Of a DNA stretch of 64,000 bases, positions 12,051-25,236 are shown in pieces. Origin of the DNA: Octopus vulgaris (lineage: Eukaryota). The DNA lies in the NCBI GenBank assembly GCA_951406725.2, contig OX597822.1:40052001-40116000 (forward strand), written 5' to 3'. Under the pieces are notes generated by a model. That model was not told the origin of the DNA. It saw only the letters and a list, made by a program, of their open reading frames with translations, and made no database searches. Position numbers and translations under genes: made by a program. Position 1 is the first letter of the stretch. Every line of letters starts with the position of its first letter.

Positions 12051-13914
12051 TTTGTTCTCTTTGAATATCCTTTGTATCCTTTTCACATTTTCCAGTTTTT
12101 TTCACCTGTTCTTTACGCGCTCGATATTCTGCAAATAAGTAAACCCCTTCGCCCCATCCGTGCACCTCTTCCACGCAAATCAAGCCTCTTCCACCCTGAT
12201 CTTGTGAAGGCACATGGCTTAGTGGTTAGGGTATTTGGGAGGTCGTGAGTTCGATTCCTTACATCCAGTTTTTTTCACGTTGCTCACAAATTTCAGGCCT
12301 TTTGCCTCCAGTAAAATTTATTATTATTATTATTATTGTTGTTATTATTATTACAGCAAACCGACAGAATTGTAAGTACACTGGGCAAAATTCCGAGTGG
12401 CATTCTGTCCTGAGTTTAAATTTCGCCGTTGATAGTTTCGTGGTCGATAAAATAGATACTAGTTGAGCATTGGTTTCAATTTAATCGACTTAACTCCTTC
12501 CCGAAATTGCTGGCTTTGTACCAAAATTTGAAAGCATCATCATCATCAGCAGCAGTAGCATCAATCATCATCCTCATCATCCTCATCATCACCAGATTAA
12601 TCTCCAGATGTTTTGTATTTTTAACTACTTCCATTTTTATTCTCAACTCACTCCGTTCACCCTAATTGCACCTTCAGGAGTTATCCTTTCAACCTCTTCT
12701 AAGAAGAACTGCATGAGATATTCACTGATATTTGTCTAATCGACGGTCTCTCCCAAAATGCGTCCTTATTACAATGTTTGGCATCAGTATTAGGAATTGG
12801 GTTTAGGGTTAGGGTTTGACTGGTTGTTTGGAAGTTCCGTAGATCGGTATAAAGCCGTACAAGAGTAGCGACTTGGCTAATCGGGGGAGCACCGGACAAG
12901 AGTGTAGAAGAGTGACAGTGCATTGAACAAGGGGAAGGTTTTTGAAGATCTGTGAAATGTCAGGCAAAAGTGGGTGTTGGGCAAATTAATAGAGCGCAGA
13001 AGAAGGGCTGGTGTTTGGAAGATCAATAAAATGCTAGGCGTAAGCAGAGGGTTTGGAAGAACGGCAGATAACACGACAAGATGTCTTGTGGTGCGCCCTG
13101 TTCCGTGTCATTTTAAATCCAGTAGGCGTTAACTTTGCCGTTAATCCTTCTGAGGTCGAGAGCCGAAAATATAAGTTAAGTATTGGGAAAGATGTATTCA
13201 ACTCGGCCCCAAATTTGAGGCCTTGTGACTATGTTACAAATTATTATTATTAATAATGGAATTAATGATATAACTGCTTGTATTTGTAAGAACAACTACT
13301 GCATCTATGATCTTTGAATGATTAAACTAATAAATAAGTCCATTATAGACAACGATCAAGCAATGAAAGGACGTACAAAGAATGCAAAGAGCTAAAGAGA
13401 TTTTACCACTTCCGGTATTAGCCATTTAAACAACACAATATACACAACTTCCGCTTTCGACCTACATTTTTCTCGTCCATTTTTATTCAGTTTAGACTAT
13501 ATTATATACTACACTACCAACACACACACACACTCACTAATATATGTATACATACACTAAAACATATCTGTGTGCGTGAGTGTGTGCGTGTGTGTGCGTG
13601 TCTGCATTCAGAAAGTAACATAGAAACGCAGTTTATTTGTACCACGAGAAGAGCAAGTACTGATGTATGTGAATGTGTATGAATGCCAATACATAGAAGC
13701 GTGTATATGGATGTGTTACAGAGCCTTCTCTCTGGGCATGTGTGTGTCTATATAGACGTGTACGGCGTTCGTTGAATCTATTTACCACAAAATTAATCAT
13801 GGTAGTATAATACCCCTCCCCTTTAATTCTTGTATTTTTTTGGTTTTGAAATGACCTTCTGGCCTCAATATTTTGTCTATCTCTGGATTTCACATCAACC
13901 CACTTAGCTTCAGC

Positions 13915-14555
13915 TTCCTTACACCCTCCACCCTACCTTTCTCTCTCTATCTTCTATCCTCTCTGTATCTCTTCTCTTTCTCTATCTCTTCCTCCTCATT
14001 TGCATATAATAAATTTGTAGTTTCCTCTTAAGTATTTCCTTTTCATGTTTTCTCATCAGCTTTTAAAACTTGCTCAAGCTCCGTTCACATCTTCTGTCTC
14101 TTCTCTTTCGTTTATCACCCTCTATCTAACTCTCCCTCTCTCTTTTTTCATTACAACATCCCTCTCACCATCACCTTCCACTTTCTCTATATCTGTCCCT
14201 TATCTTTCTATATTCCTCTGCTCTTCTCTTTTCCTCTCTTCCTATATGTCTAACATTCTCTCTCATTCCCTGTAGTATTACCTTTTTCATTGCTTTCTAT
14301 CTTTCATTCTTCCTTCACACATCTCCCCCCCTCTCTCTCTCTTCCTATTGCTATCTCTTCATTTCTAACCGTCTACCCACCTCAATATATTCCTTTGAAT
14401 CTCGCAACCATTCTGCAAATCTATTACTGACCTCCTACTACTCTTTCTCTCCCTGTCTCTTTCCGTCGTCCTCTTCCCTCTGTCACTCTCTGTGTTTGTA
14501 CATTCTGTATTCATTACTCTCTCTGTCTCTGTTTCGTTTCTTCTCTTCCTTGTCA
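13915..14555. repeat. CT-rich low-complexity tract
   Basis: Pyrimidine-rich on the plus strand. Confidence 0.85.
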
Positions 14556-14744
14556 CCAAAGGTACTCTATATATTTATCTCAACACACCACTATACTGTC
14601 TAGCAAACAGAATGTTCCAGCCGAATGGTTGAAACCAGTTAAAGAATAAAGATAAAAGAATAATCATTATTCTCATGGGAACACTGTGAGCAAATATTTA
14701 CATCTGATCACTGTCAGATACTTGAACTGATTAAAAGACCGCGA

Positions 14745-15110
14745 TCTCAGACTGAACTGCAATGATCTGATAGATAGACAGACAGATGAACTAATATATA
14801 GACTTGTAGTATGTGACTAAACTACATTGATACCAATTACTGGCTGCGAGGCGGACGGATCAGTGAACTGTGGTTTCAGAGCAATCTACATTGATCAGGC
14901 AACGACTAATGACAGCTAAGATCAACTGACATGATGACGGTGCTATGAGACTGATCGACATTAATCTGGTGCTATTACAGACAGATAGGTGAATTAATGG
15001 ATAGGCTTGTGGTCAGACGGAACTGTAATGATCTGGTGCCGATTATTGACAGATGGACCGAACTGAGGAATGTGCTGTGAGACTCAACCACATTCGTCTG
15101 GTAATATTAC
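14745..15110. repeat. Degenerate ~66-bp minisatellite, about 6 units
   Basis: Motif (a)gactgaact.cattgatctgg recurs at about 14749, 14815, 14878, 14948, 15015 and 15080. Confidence 0.6.
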
Positions 15111-15435
15111 TGTTATTCTAAGGCGGTGAGCTGAGAGTATCGTTAACACGCCGGACGAAATGCTTAGCGGTATTTCGTCTGCCGCTACGTTCTGAGTTCA
15201 AATTCTGCCGAGGTCGGCTTTGCCTTTCATCCTTTCAGGGTCGATAAATTAAGTACCACTTGAATATTGGGGTTAATTAAAAAAAGGTATCAATGAATAC
15301 TGGGGTCGATTTAATCGACGTAGTTCCTCCCCCAGACCTGCTGGCCTTGTGCTAAAATTTAAAGCTAACAAACTATTACTGACAAACAGGTCAAATGATT
15401 GATGGATTCTGACTGTAGAAATTATGTACAAGCTG

Positions 15436-15482
<47 letters not shown>

Positions 15483-15498
15483 ATATATATATATATAC

Positions 15499-15531
<33 letters not shown>

Positions 15532-15567
15532 TGTATGTACATACAAATATACATCTCTCGCCCTCTT

Positions 15568-15612
<45 letters not shown>

Positions 15613-16037
15613 CATACAGCGCTATCAAAATAGATGTGGTATTAGTAGCACGAATGCAGTCGTTTACTTTCAAAATTGTGTTAAAAAAAAAATTTAACTT
15701 TTCGACTTTTTTTATATAACATGTAAGTGTCAAAACTAGCAATGCTATGGAGCGCACAGCAGCAGTGACGCGGAGAATAGCACTAGTCTAAACATCGGCA
15801 ATAACATAAACAACCCTCACTACCATCAACACCACCAACAACAACAGAAGGAGGAAGGGCAGTAGCAGCAGCAGGTAGCGACAGCAAAAAGAGGAAAAGA
15901 TAAATGATGTAATGTAATGTGGAAATAGATGAAATGTTAACAGTGACAAAAACCAACAATAGAAGACATGACATCGTCTGAACGCATCAATGACGCCATC
16001 AACAAGACAGAAAAACACCATCACCATCACTCCTCCT

Positions 16038-16078
16038 CCTACTACTACTATTATTATTACTACTACTACTATTATTAT

Positions 16079-16113
<35 letters not shown>

Positions 16114-16169
16114 GAACTACTACTACTACTAGAACTACTACTAGAACTACTACTACTACTACTACTAGA

Positions 16170-16207
<38 letters not shown>
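16038..16207. repeat. (ACT)n microsatellite
   Basis: Directly visible. Confidence 0.95.
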
Positions 16208-16257
16208 AGTAACAACAACGCTGCTATAACACTAAGAAATGTAGCTTTATATAAATG

Positions 16258-16580
16258 GCACTCCGTCGGTTTCGACGACGAGGGTTCATGATGATCCGAA
16301 CACCGAAACAGCCTTTTCGTGAAATTAACGTGCAAGTGGCTGAGCACTCCACAGACACTCGTACCCTTAACTTTGTTCCCAGGGAGATTCAGTGTGACAC
16401 AGAATATGACAAGGCTATCCCTTAGAATTACAGGCACAACACATTTTTGCCAGCTGAATGAACTGCAGCAGTGGAAAATAAAGTATCTTGCTTAAGGACT
16501 CAACACTCTTCAAAGAATCGAACTCACGACCTTACAACCGTGAGTCGAATAACCTAACCACTTAACCACGCGCCTTCACT
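16258..16580 (-). mobile_element. SINE family C, head 1 + tail ii
   Basis: Tail gtggagtgctcagccacttgcacgttaatttcacg shared with 31079-31395 and 59218-59490. Confidence 0.8.
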
Positions 16581-17104
16581 ATAGTTTTTATATACAGTGT
16601 GTAGTGGGAGATTATTTTTCCAGGGTAGGAACTGAATCGTTAACGGAGAAGGACAGTGAGATGGAGGAAATGAACAAAATGGTAGAACAATAAATATGTT
16701 GCGAAATCTTTTGTCGTGTGAAGTCAGAAAAATGTCTGAAGAGTGGAGAATGGGGTGGCCATTTGATGCCTCATAAAAAGAAAAACAGAGTGGTTCGATT
16801 GAAAGCGAATGAAAACATACTCCATAAATACGTAAATGGCTGACATCATGAATTGATGTTTCAGTAGAGAACAGCGGACATGATCAATTGATGTTTGAAG
16901 ACTTTTACATGGATTCGGCCATTATCAAACGAAAGTGAATATTTTACGGTACTTTTCGGTAATGAAATTGTAAATTTTATTGTGTGAGAGATTAACAATT
17001 ATTATTGTTTTTATACGTTTATATATTTGTTTCGCAGGATTCCTGATGTGAAATCGTGTGTTGAAACAAATATTGTTACATTTGGAGATTTATTTTTTTA
17101 ATTT

Positions 17105-17300
17105 TTTATTTGTTTCAGTCATTTGACTGCGGCCATGCTGGAGCACCGCCTTTTGTCGAGCAAATCGACCCCAGGACTTACGCTTTGTAAGCCTAGTACT
17201 TATTCTATCGGTCTCTCTTGCCGAACCGCTAAGTGACGGGGACGTAAACACACCAGCATCGGTAGTCAAGCGATGTTGGTGGGAAAAACACAGACACACA

Positions 17301-17337
<37 letters not shown>

Positions 17338-17490
17338 GACGGGTGTCTTTCAGTTTCCGTCTACCAAATCCACTCACAAGGCTTTGGTCGACCCGTGGTT
17401 TTAGTAGAAGACACTTGCCCAAGGTACCACGCAGTGGGACTGAACCCGGAACCATGTGGTTGGTAAAAAGCTACTTACCACATAGCCATT
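17105..17490 (-). mobile_element. SINE B, full length
   Basis: Match to family B. Confidence 0.85.
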
Positions 17491-17789
17491 CTGACCATAT
17501 TTTTTTTTTTTTTGCCAAATAAACACACACACTATATATATTCCTTCTCCGCTTCAGTTTTATTACTGTTCTTAATATTGTGTCCTTTGTCTTAAATCTT
17601 TTGACACATATCCTGTGACCTCTTCAGCTACTCTCCAATGGAAATAAGTATAAAGAAAAAGGGTTAAAAAAACTTTTTTTGCCCGTTTGGCAAGTGCATT
17701 CATGTAACCCTTTCACACAGTTTGTATTGTTAACCCATGAGATTAGGAATAATTTAACCTAATTCCTAGCTCATGACCCTATCAAAGCA

Positions 17790-18338
17790 ACAGATGAGGA
17801 AAGTAACGTCTCAAAGATACAACCTTTTCCCTATGATATTTGAAATGGTGCGGATCCCTTTGCCTATTACTCTAAAGCACTGGTTCCCAAAGTTGGTGGT
17901 GGAAAGTTCCAAAGGCGCGTTGATGAAAAGTGGGGCAATAATGGGGGTAGCGATTCATTTTAACAAGTGAGGTGACGCTGGAGCAGCTAGTCATGAAAAA
18001 AAAAAAAACTAATGAGTGCATTACTCTTTTACTCTTTTACTTGTTTTCAGTCATTTGACGCCTGTCATGATGGAGCACCGCCTTTATGCGAAGAAATCGA
18101 TCCCAGGACTTATTCTTTGTAAGTCTAGTACTCATTCTATCGGCCTCTTTTGCCGTACTGCTAAGTAACGGGGACGTAAATACACCAGCATCAGTTGTCA
18201 AGTGATGTTGGGGAACAAACACAGACACACAAACATATACACACACACGTCCATCCATCCACACATACATACATACATTGTATGTATGTATGTATGTATG
18301 TATGTATGTATGTATGTATGTATATATTAATAAATAAA

Positions 18339-18371
<33 letters not shown>

Positions 18372-19390
18372 TATATTAATAAATAAAATATATGCATTTA
18401 TATATACATATATGTACGTACCTACCTCTACATGTATATATACACGCATATATGGGTACAGGACACCAAAAGAACGTCGAACACAATGAGAAACGAAAAC
18501 ATAAATACAAAACCAAGGAACTGGACATTTTTCTTAAACAAAAAAAAATAGAGTACAGGACAAAGTCGCCATGGTTTCATCTACTCTGCGTTTCGAAGGT
18601 GAAGGCACTAAGAATGGGACCAAGGTGTCAAGGGGGCGGCAACCCTAAAGAGTTTGGGAACCATTGCTTTAAACAATGCTAAGGCACGGAACAAGGAAAA
18701 CAGGATCATCTCCTATTTATGGATGATTGAAAGCTTTATGACAAAGAATGAATCAATTCGATTCTTTGGTGTAAACTTGATAAATATTTGGTTGTGAGAG
18801 TGGAACGATATTTTGAATTGAGAAATGCGCTATGAAATAAGAAAAAAAACAGGTAGGGGAGAATAAGCAGAATAAGCTTAATAGTATTTTGGAATTTTGG
18901 AAATTGATATATTCAAAACTCAGAGGAACGAAAGAAGTTTTCAGTCAAGAATATTTTAAAAGTATTTTCGAAGAATTTAGATTTTAAAATTCAAATTGAA
19001 TGCAAGAAATATCTTAGGAATAATAATCATGAGGGCAGCATTACTAATGATTATAGGGGAAGGAATCATTGAGTGAAGGAAGAATGAATTGAAGGTTATT
19101 GTCAAGAAGATGAAGACACAACTCTTTATGCACAGAAGCATGCATCCTCGAGCGGATGCAGGCAGTTTATACTAGAAAGGAATATGAGGAGGAAGTTTAA
19201 TAATGACCGTTGAAGAATTGGAGAAAACAAGCGTAGGATTCTGGCCGGAAGAGAAAGATGTCCTTCTTTTTTAGGTAGTTAGAGAAGAGCTTTTTATAGT
19301 TAGAGGCCCGAGGATAGAATATTGAAGGAGTTAGTGGAGGAGATAGATTTGTCTTTGGTCCCAGAAAATGACCAGAAAGCCAAAGAAACT
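17790..19390 (+). pseudogene. Decayed R4/Dong-clade LINE reverse transcriptase, split by an hAT element
   Basis: QRYNLFPMIFEMVRIPL (like QGDSLSPLLF..IPL), then HLLFMDD*KLY at ~18708, GILEID, and MHRSMHPRADAGSLY (like MHxxxHPKxDVDRLY); stops and frameshifts. Confidence 0.75.
17878..18666. mobile_element. hAT-Charlie-like non-autonomous element containing a SINE B fragment and a Penelope-like fragment
   Basis: TIRs cactggttcccaaa / tttgggaaccattg; 8-bp TSD ctctaaag / ctttaaac (6/8 match). Confidence 0.7.
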
Positions 19391-19400
19391 TTTCTTCTAA

Positions 19401-19900
19401 GGCGGCGAGCTGGCAGAAACGTTAGCACGCCGGGCGAAATGCGTAGGCGTATTTCGTCTGCCGTTACGTTCTGAGTTCAAATTCCGCCGAGGTCGACTTT
19501 GCCTTTCATCCTTTCGGGGTCGATTAAATAAGTACCAGCTACGCACTGGGGTCGATGTAATCGACTTAATCCGTTTGTCTGTCCTTGTTTGTCCCCTCTG
19601 TGTTTAGCCCCTTGTGGGTAGTAAAGAAATAGGTATTTCGTCTGCCGAATTTGAACTCAGAACGTAACGGCATACGAAATACCTATTTCTTTACCACTCA
19701 CAAGGGGCAAAACCCAGAGGGGACAAACAAGGACAGACAAACGGATTAAGTCGATTATATCTACCCCAGTGCGTAACTGGTTCTTATTTAATAGACCCGG
19801 AAAGGATAAAAGGCAAAGTCGACCTCGGCGGAATTTGAACTCAGAACATACGTCTACGCATTTCGCCCGGCATGCTAACGTTTCTGCCAGCTCGCCACCT
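19401..19900. mobile_element. Two abutting SINE A copies in inverted orientation
   Basis: 19401-19648 plus and 19647-19900 minus, essentially no spacer. Confidence 0.85.
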
Positions 19901-21756
19901 TCCCGATAAAATAAAATATCAGTCGAGTAATGGAGCCGATATATTCGAATAGCCTATTCTCCCCATTGCGCCTAAATGAGAAAAAAATTATATTAGTCTT
20001 CTTTGTGGTGGTGGTAGTTTCGGTCCTGCTGATGTTGATATTGGTAGTGGTGTGAGGAGAAAGGTTCTTGAAATCTAAAGGCTGGATTTTACAAGGTTTA
20101 AACGAAAGATAAGTTTTGCATTATTTTCCAAAGGACTTCCAAATAATGTGGCTCTGAAACATTTAACGGCAGACTTCAAACGTTAGTATTTTTCAAAGTA
20201 TTTTTTATTCTTATTCTTGTCTTTTTCTATTTTTTTGTAAATCTAAGCTGTCACAGTAAAAAAATTTGACACGTCCCCAAGAAAACATGTGAACAGAACG
20301 TTACTGTTCAAAAATGGAAGTGGGGAATAAAGGGAACACAGACTGAACATATAGAAAGAGTGAGGAACTCTATGGCAGAAGACAGTAGCGCGGTATAAAG
20401 CATTAAAACCAACAATAACAAGAGAAACAACAACAATACTAACATGACCACACACGCATGCACACACATTGTTTACCAAGCACAAATATGGATTTTTAGA
20501 TTTTGGCTCAAGTTCTATAATTTCGAAGAAGGGGGAGGAAAGACTTCCGCCCCACCCCACCACCATTTCTCCCAAATTTGTTTATTATTATTATTATTAT
20601 TTATTTTATTTTTTTTGGACAAAAATCCCCGTTTTCGGATACGGAGGTTCCAGAAAATTGCCAAAAATCGGCATTGTGACAATTTCCCCACCCCCAACTT
20701 CAATTTTAACTTTTTTCCGCAACACTAACCCTAAAACCGTGACCGTAAGTACAGAAATGTTTTGAAATTTTTGTCCGAATCCTAATGTCCGTATTTTCCC
20801 GCATATTTAGAAAAGAAAAAATTCTTTAAAAAAATTTTTTTTTTTTAATTTTTTACAAAGATATTTAGAATTTTTTTTTAGAATCATAATCTCCGTATTT
20901 TTCCGCATATTTTGAGAAAAAACAATTCTGAAAAAAGTTAAAAATAAAGGAAATGGGGGTGGGGTGGTAATTTAAAAATGTAGATTTTCGCCAATTTTTT
21001 TGCAGATTTGTATTCCCTATAGCCGAAAAGGTGGGGTTTGTGTCAAAAAAAAAGTTTTTAAAAAGGGTGGTTTGTGGGTGAGGCACGGACGGAACTCTTG
21101 CCAAGAGGGAAATCATTTTCATTGTCCCCAGTGTTCAATTGGTACTTATTTTATTGACTTCGAAAGTATGACAAGCAAAGTCGATCCAAGTGGCATTATG
21201 AACCCAGGACGAACATTTTTCCCGGCGTGATAACAACTCTGTCAGTTCCCAGCCTTATACCTAGCAAAAAGAAAAACAAAGACATTAAACTGAATCTTTT
21301 TGGGAGTGGTATGTTAATTACATTGACCCCTGTGCTTCACTGGTATTTTATTTTATCACTCAGAAAGGATGAAAGGTAAAGGTCATCTCGGCGGAATTTG
21401 AACTCGGATCCTATTGAGCCGGAAGAAAACGCCACTGAGCATTATTGCCTGGCTTGCTAACGATTCTGCCAGATCGCCGTCTATTTAAGCGATTTTAATG
21501 AGAAGAAGAAAACGTACGAGTTTGATCTCTGGACTTATTACAGAGTTAGTCTTAATAGATGAGAGAAAGTTGCAATATGTTGATTAAAAATGGAGACATA
21601 TTTCACCATGTCAAATATGATAGATGAATGGTGACTCGAAAAGTTGTAGATTTGAACTCTTCTTACATTTAATGTCTAATTTGTGATTTAAAGACTTTTG
21701 AAGTGACAGCATGGGTTTATTCATTTTTGTTTTATTCATCTTCCATTTAATACCAT

Positions 21757-22137
21757 TCCTTTTCTTCTTCTTTTTCTTTCTCTTCTACTTCTTTTTCTTT
21801 CACTTCTTCTTCTTTCTCTTCTTTTTCTTTCTCTTCTTTTTCTTTCTCTTTTTCTTTCTCTTCTTCTTCGTTTTCTTTCCCTTCTTCTTCGTTTTCTTTC
21901 CCTTCTTCTTCGTTTTCTTTCTCTTCTTCTTCTTTCTCTTTTTCTTTCTTTTTCTTTCTCTTCTTCTTTTTCTTTCTCTTCTTCTTCTTTTTCTTTCTCT
22001 TCTTTTTTTCTTTTTCTTCTTTTTCTTCTTTCTCTTCTCTTTTTCTTCTTCTTTCTCTTTTTCTTCTTTTTCTTCTTTCTCTTCTTCTTCTTTCTCTTCT
22101 CTTCTTTCTTCTCTTCTTCTTTCTCTTATGTTTTCCT
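21757..22137. repeat. (TTC/TTTC) polypyrimidine tract
   Basis: About 380 bp almost entirely C/T; source of the poly-F and poly-K/E ORFs. Confidence 0.95.
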
Positions 22138-22467
22138 TTTGAACGGCACATGTCAACACAATTTCTAGTTAACTAAACGCTTTTAAACTTCATATACTGG
22201 TAGAATGTGTTTATAAAACATTATTTTTTTTCTTGGCTCTATTGAGAAAATTCTATATTTGTAAGATATTTCGTCTGAAATTTCGAGCATTTCGGTAATT
22301 TTAACCAATCGCTGCCCTCCATTTGGGGTGAAAACGTTCCGTGCTGTATGAATATGTCCCCCGTTTAAGAAACAGATTGGGTTTATTTCATTTATTTGCC
22401 ACAGGGATGAAGGATGAGGGAGACAGACATAAAGCGTTGGTGTTTACATATAATGAAATGAAAAAAG

Positions 22468-22469
<2 letters not shown>

Positions 22470-22499
<30 letters not shown>

Positions 22500-22879
22500 A
22501 AGTATGCACAGTGTACACTGAGAAAAGAGGGGACATATGCATAGTATACAAAGTTTTTAAAAAAGAAAGTGGCGGTGAGGATGATAGAGATGTGGCCCTC
22601 CTGATACAGGAAGGCCTCTAGGGATAATCGAGGAACCCCACTGTCCGAGATTTCCCTGAAACCCCAAGAGCAAGTACCATCTCCGCTTCCTTCTCTCTGA
22701 CTCACAGGTCTACACTTAGAGAGGTACCATCCACTCTTGCCATTTTCGCAACTTTCGCCCACCTTTCAATAAACTCATTCGAGGACACTCAATTTCCTCT
22801 TCACTCTCAATTTCCTTTTCAAGTAAAACTTCAAGAAGTCACTGAGAGCTCTACCAAAGAGGAATGTATCTGTCCTCTA

Positions 22880-22880
<1 letters not shown>
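22470..22880 (-). mobile_element. Tx1/L1-like LINE 3' end
   Basis: Minus translation ALSDFLKFYLKRKLRV...NEFIERWAKVAKMARVDGTSLSVDL*, resembling Tx1-type ORF2 C-termini, followed by a 3' UTR. Confidence 0.6.
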
Positions 22881-22925
<45 letters not shown>

Positions 22926-23098
22926 ATATTAATTAGAGACAAAACCACTATTTTGCAAATCAAACAAGGAAAGACTTAATCAATACATAAAAAAAAATTT
23001 TAATATAAAGTAAATAAATCGCCACTACAATTGTTTCCTGTCTTCAAATGACATTCATCAGGTGGATTTCATATCTTCTATTCAATTTTAAAGTTATA
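22926..23098 (-). mobile_element. Penelope-like pLTR fragment inserted in (TA)n
   Basis: Contains the minimal HHR at 23016-23070; flanked by TA runs. Confidence 0.6.
23016..23070 (-). ncRNA. Minimal type-I hammerhead ribozyme motif
   Basis: CCAC-CUGAUGA-A-UGUC(AUUUGAA)GACA-G-GAAA-CAAUUG-UA-GUGG; canonical core, palindromic helix III, GUA cleavage triplet. Confidence 0.75.
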
Positions 23099-23109
23099 TA
23101 TACATACAT

Positions 23110-23525
23110 AGGCGCAGGAGTGGCTGTGTGGTAAGTAGCTTGCTAACCAACCACATGGTTCCGGGTTCAGTCCCACTGCGTGACATCTTGGGCAAGTGTC
23201 TTCTGCTATAGCTTTGGGCCGACCAATGCCTTGTGAGTGGATTTGGTAGATGGAAACTGAAAGAAGCATGTCGTATATATATATATATATATGTGTGTGT
23301 ATATATATATGTGTGTGTGTGTGTCTGTGTTTGTCCCCCTAGCATTACTTGACAACCGATGCTGGTGTGTTTACGTCCCCGTCACTTAGCGGTTCGGCAA
23401 AAAGAGACCGATAGAATAAGTACTGGGCTTACAAAGAATAAGTCCCGGGCTCGATTTGCTCGACTAAAGGCGGTGCTCCAGCATGGCCGCAGTCAAATGA
23501 CTGAAACAAGTAAAAGAATAAAAGA
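23110..23525 (+). mobile_element. SINE B, full length
   Basis: ggcgcaggagtggctgtgtggtaag...gggttcagtccc (A/B boxes), CORE-like segment, tail (taaaagaa)n. Confidence 0.9.
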
Positions 23526-23532
23526 ATACATA

Positions 23533-23716
23533 AAGGGGGTGTTGAAAAGTTCCTGGTTACAGGAGAATCGGTTAGTTATTCTGTTTAACATATTCCCCTC
23601 TTAGACTCACTTATCGCAGCGGTCCTTCAGTTTTTCTTAGCCCTGTAAAAGAACGCTGAATATTTTTCCACCAACCAGGCCTTTCGCGATACCAGGAACT
23701 TTTCAGCACCCCTTGT
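23533..23716. mobile_element. Mariner-derived MITE
   Basis: TIRs agggggtgttgaaaagttcctgg / ccaggaacttttcagcacccctt; same family as 57024-57229. Confidence 0.7.
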
Positions 23717-23726
23717 ATAATGTATT

Positions 23727-25148
23727 CAGTGGCCCACAAAAGTTGACAACACACAATCAAAAATCCAAGTTTACATACATAGAATTAACGCAGCTTAATG
23801 AAATTTCCATCATTTATGAAAAATCTTTGGAATAAATTTTATGCAATGATCAGAATTACATAATGAACAGAAACAATTTTATATGGAACAAAGTTGAACG
23901 CAAAAGTTTAAAACATACAATCAAACCCTTGAGAGGCGCTTTGAATAGCCTCCTAAATAGTTTTTACATGTAGTGGGGCTTATTTCCCACATTCTTCTAC
24001 ACAAATTCTTTTCAATTCGTGTAAGTAACGCGGGTTTCTTTTTTCAATTCTGAGTTTCAATTCTTTCCACAACTTTTCGATTAAGGTTTGAAGATTGACC
24101 TGGCCATTCCAGATCATTAATTCCATTTGTTTTCAACCAATTCTTGGTCAGCTTTGCTGTATACTTTGTATAGTTATCCTCTTGTTTAGGGAGAAAGTGC
24201 TGTGTATTAAACATCTCTCTAAAATACCCCTATATTTTTCGCCATCTATTGTTCCTTCGATTACTTCCAAAACCCGATGAGCAAAAACAAGCCCATACCA
24301 TTACTGACTCACCTCCGAATATTTCATGCCGTTCTTTCTCCAAGCCTTACTGATCGAATTTCTGCTGAAAAGCACAATCTTAGTTTCAGCAGACCAAACT
24401 ACGTTTTCCCGATATGTTTCCGGTTCATTTAGTTAAAATTTTGCAAAGGCCAAACGATCTTTAACGTGACGTTTCTTAATCAATGAGGTCTTTCTGGAAA
24501 ACGAGAAAAGAGATCAGAACGACGAAGTGATCTGCTAACTGATCCTTGCTCATATGTACTTCACATACTTCCAGATCTTCCTGCACATACTTGAGTGTAG
24601 GTTGTGTTCTATTACTAGCTGTTCTTGCAAGGTTTCTTGCTGTACGCTTTGCTAACTCAGGCGGGCTACCGGAGCAGTCTAGAGGGAAAATGGAATTGTG
24701 AGATTTCCAGTTACCTATTATTGTACTGACTGAATTCAGTGGTACGTTAAGCTGTACAGAGATATTTTTGTACCAATTGTTATCCTTATGAAGGTCACGG
24801 AGATCTTGACTAATATGTTTATTTTTATCCATGATGATGATGATAGTCACTCTACGGTGATATTTGTCAGAACTGATGCAATGGCTATAAGCGCTCACAA
24901 CAAAACTTCCCGAATCTTCTAGAATACTTGATATTCTTTCTTTAATTTTTATTTTATTCTTTTACTTGTTTCAGTCATTTGACTGCGGCCATGCTGGAGC
25001 ACCGCGTTTATTCGAGCAAATCGACCCCGGGACTTATTCTTTGTAAGCCTAGTACTTATTCTATCGGTTTCTTTTGCCGAACCGCTAAGTTATGGGGACG
25101 TAAACACACTAGTATTGGTTGTCAAGCGATGGCGGGGGGAACAAGCAC

Positions 25149-25236
<88 letters not shown>

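Noticed and set aside
12800-12818. (TTAGGG)n telomeric repeat (also ~60126)
   Set aside because: Only 2-3 units inside other repeats; not a telomere
17035-17085. CTGATG...GAAAC hammerhead-like string
   Set aside because: Core lacks A9 and no convincing helix I or II can be formed
21711-22159. Poly-Phe and Lys/Glu-rich ORFs
   Set aside because: Produced by a TTC/TTTC low-complexity tract
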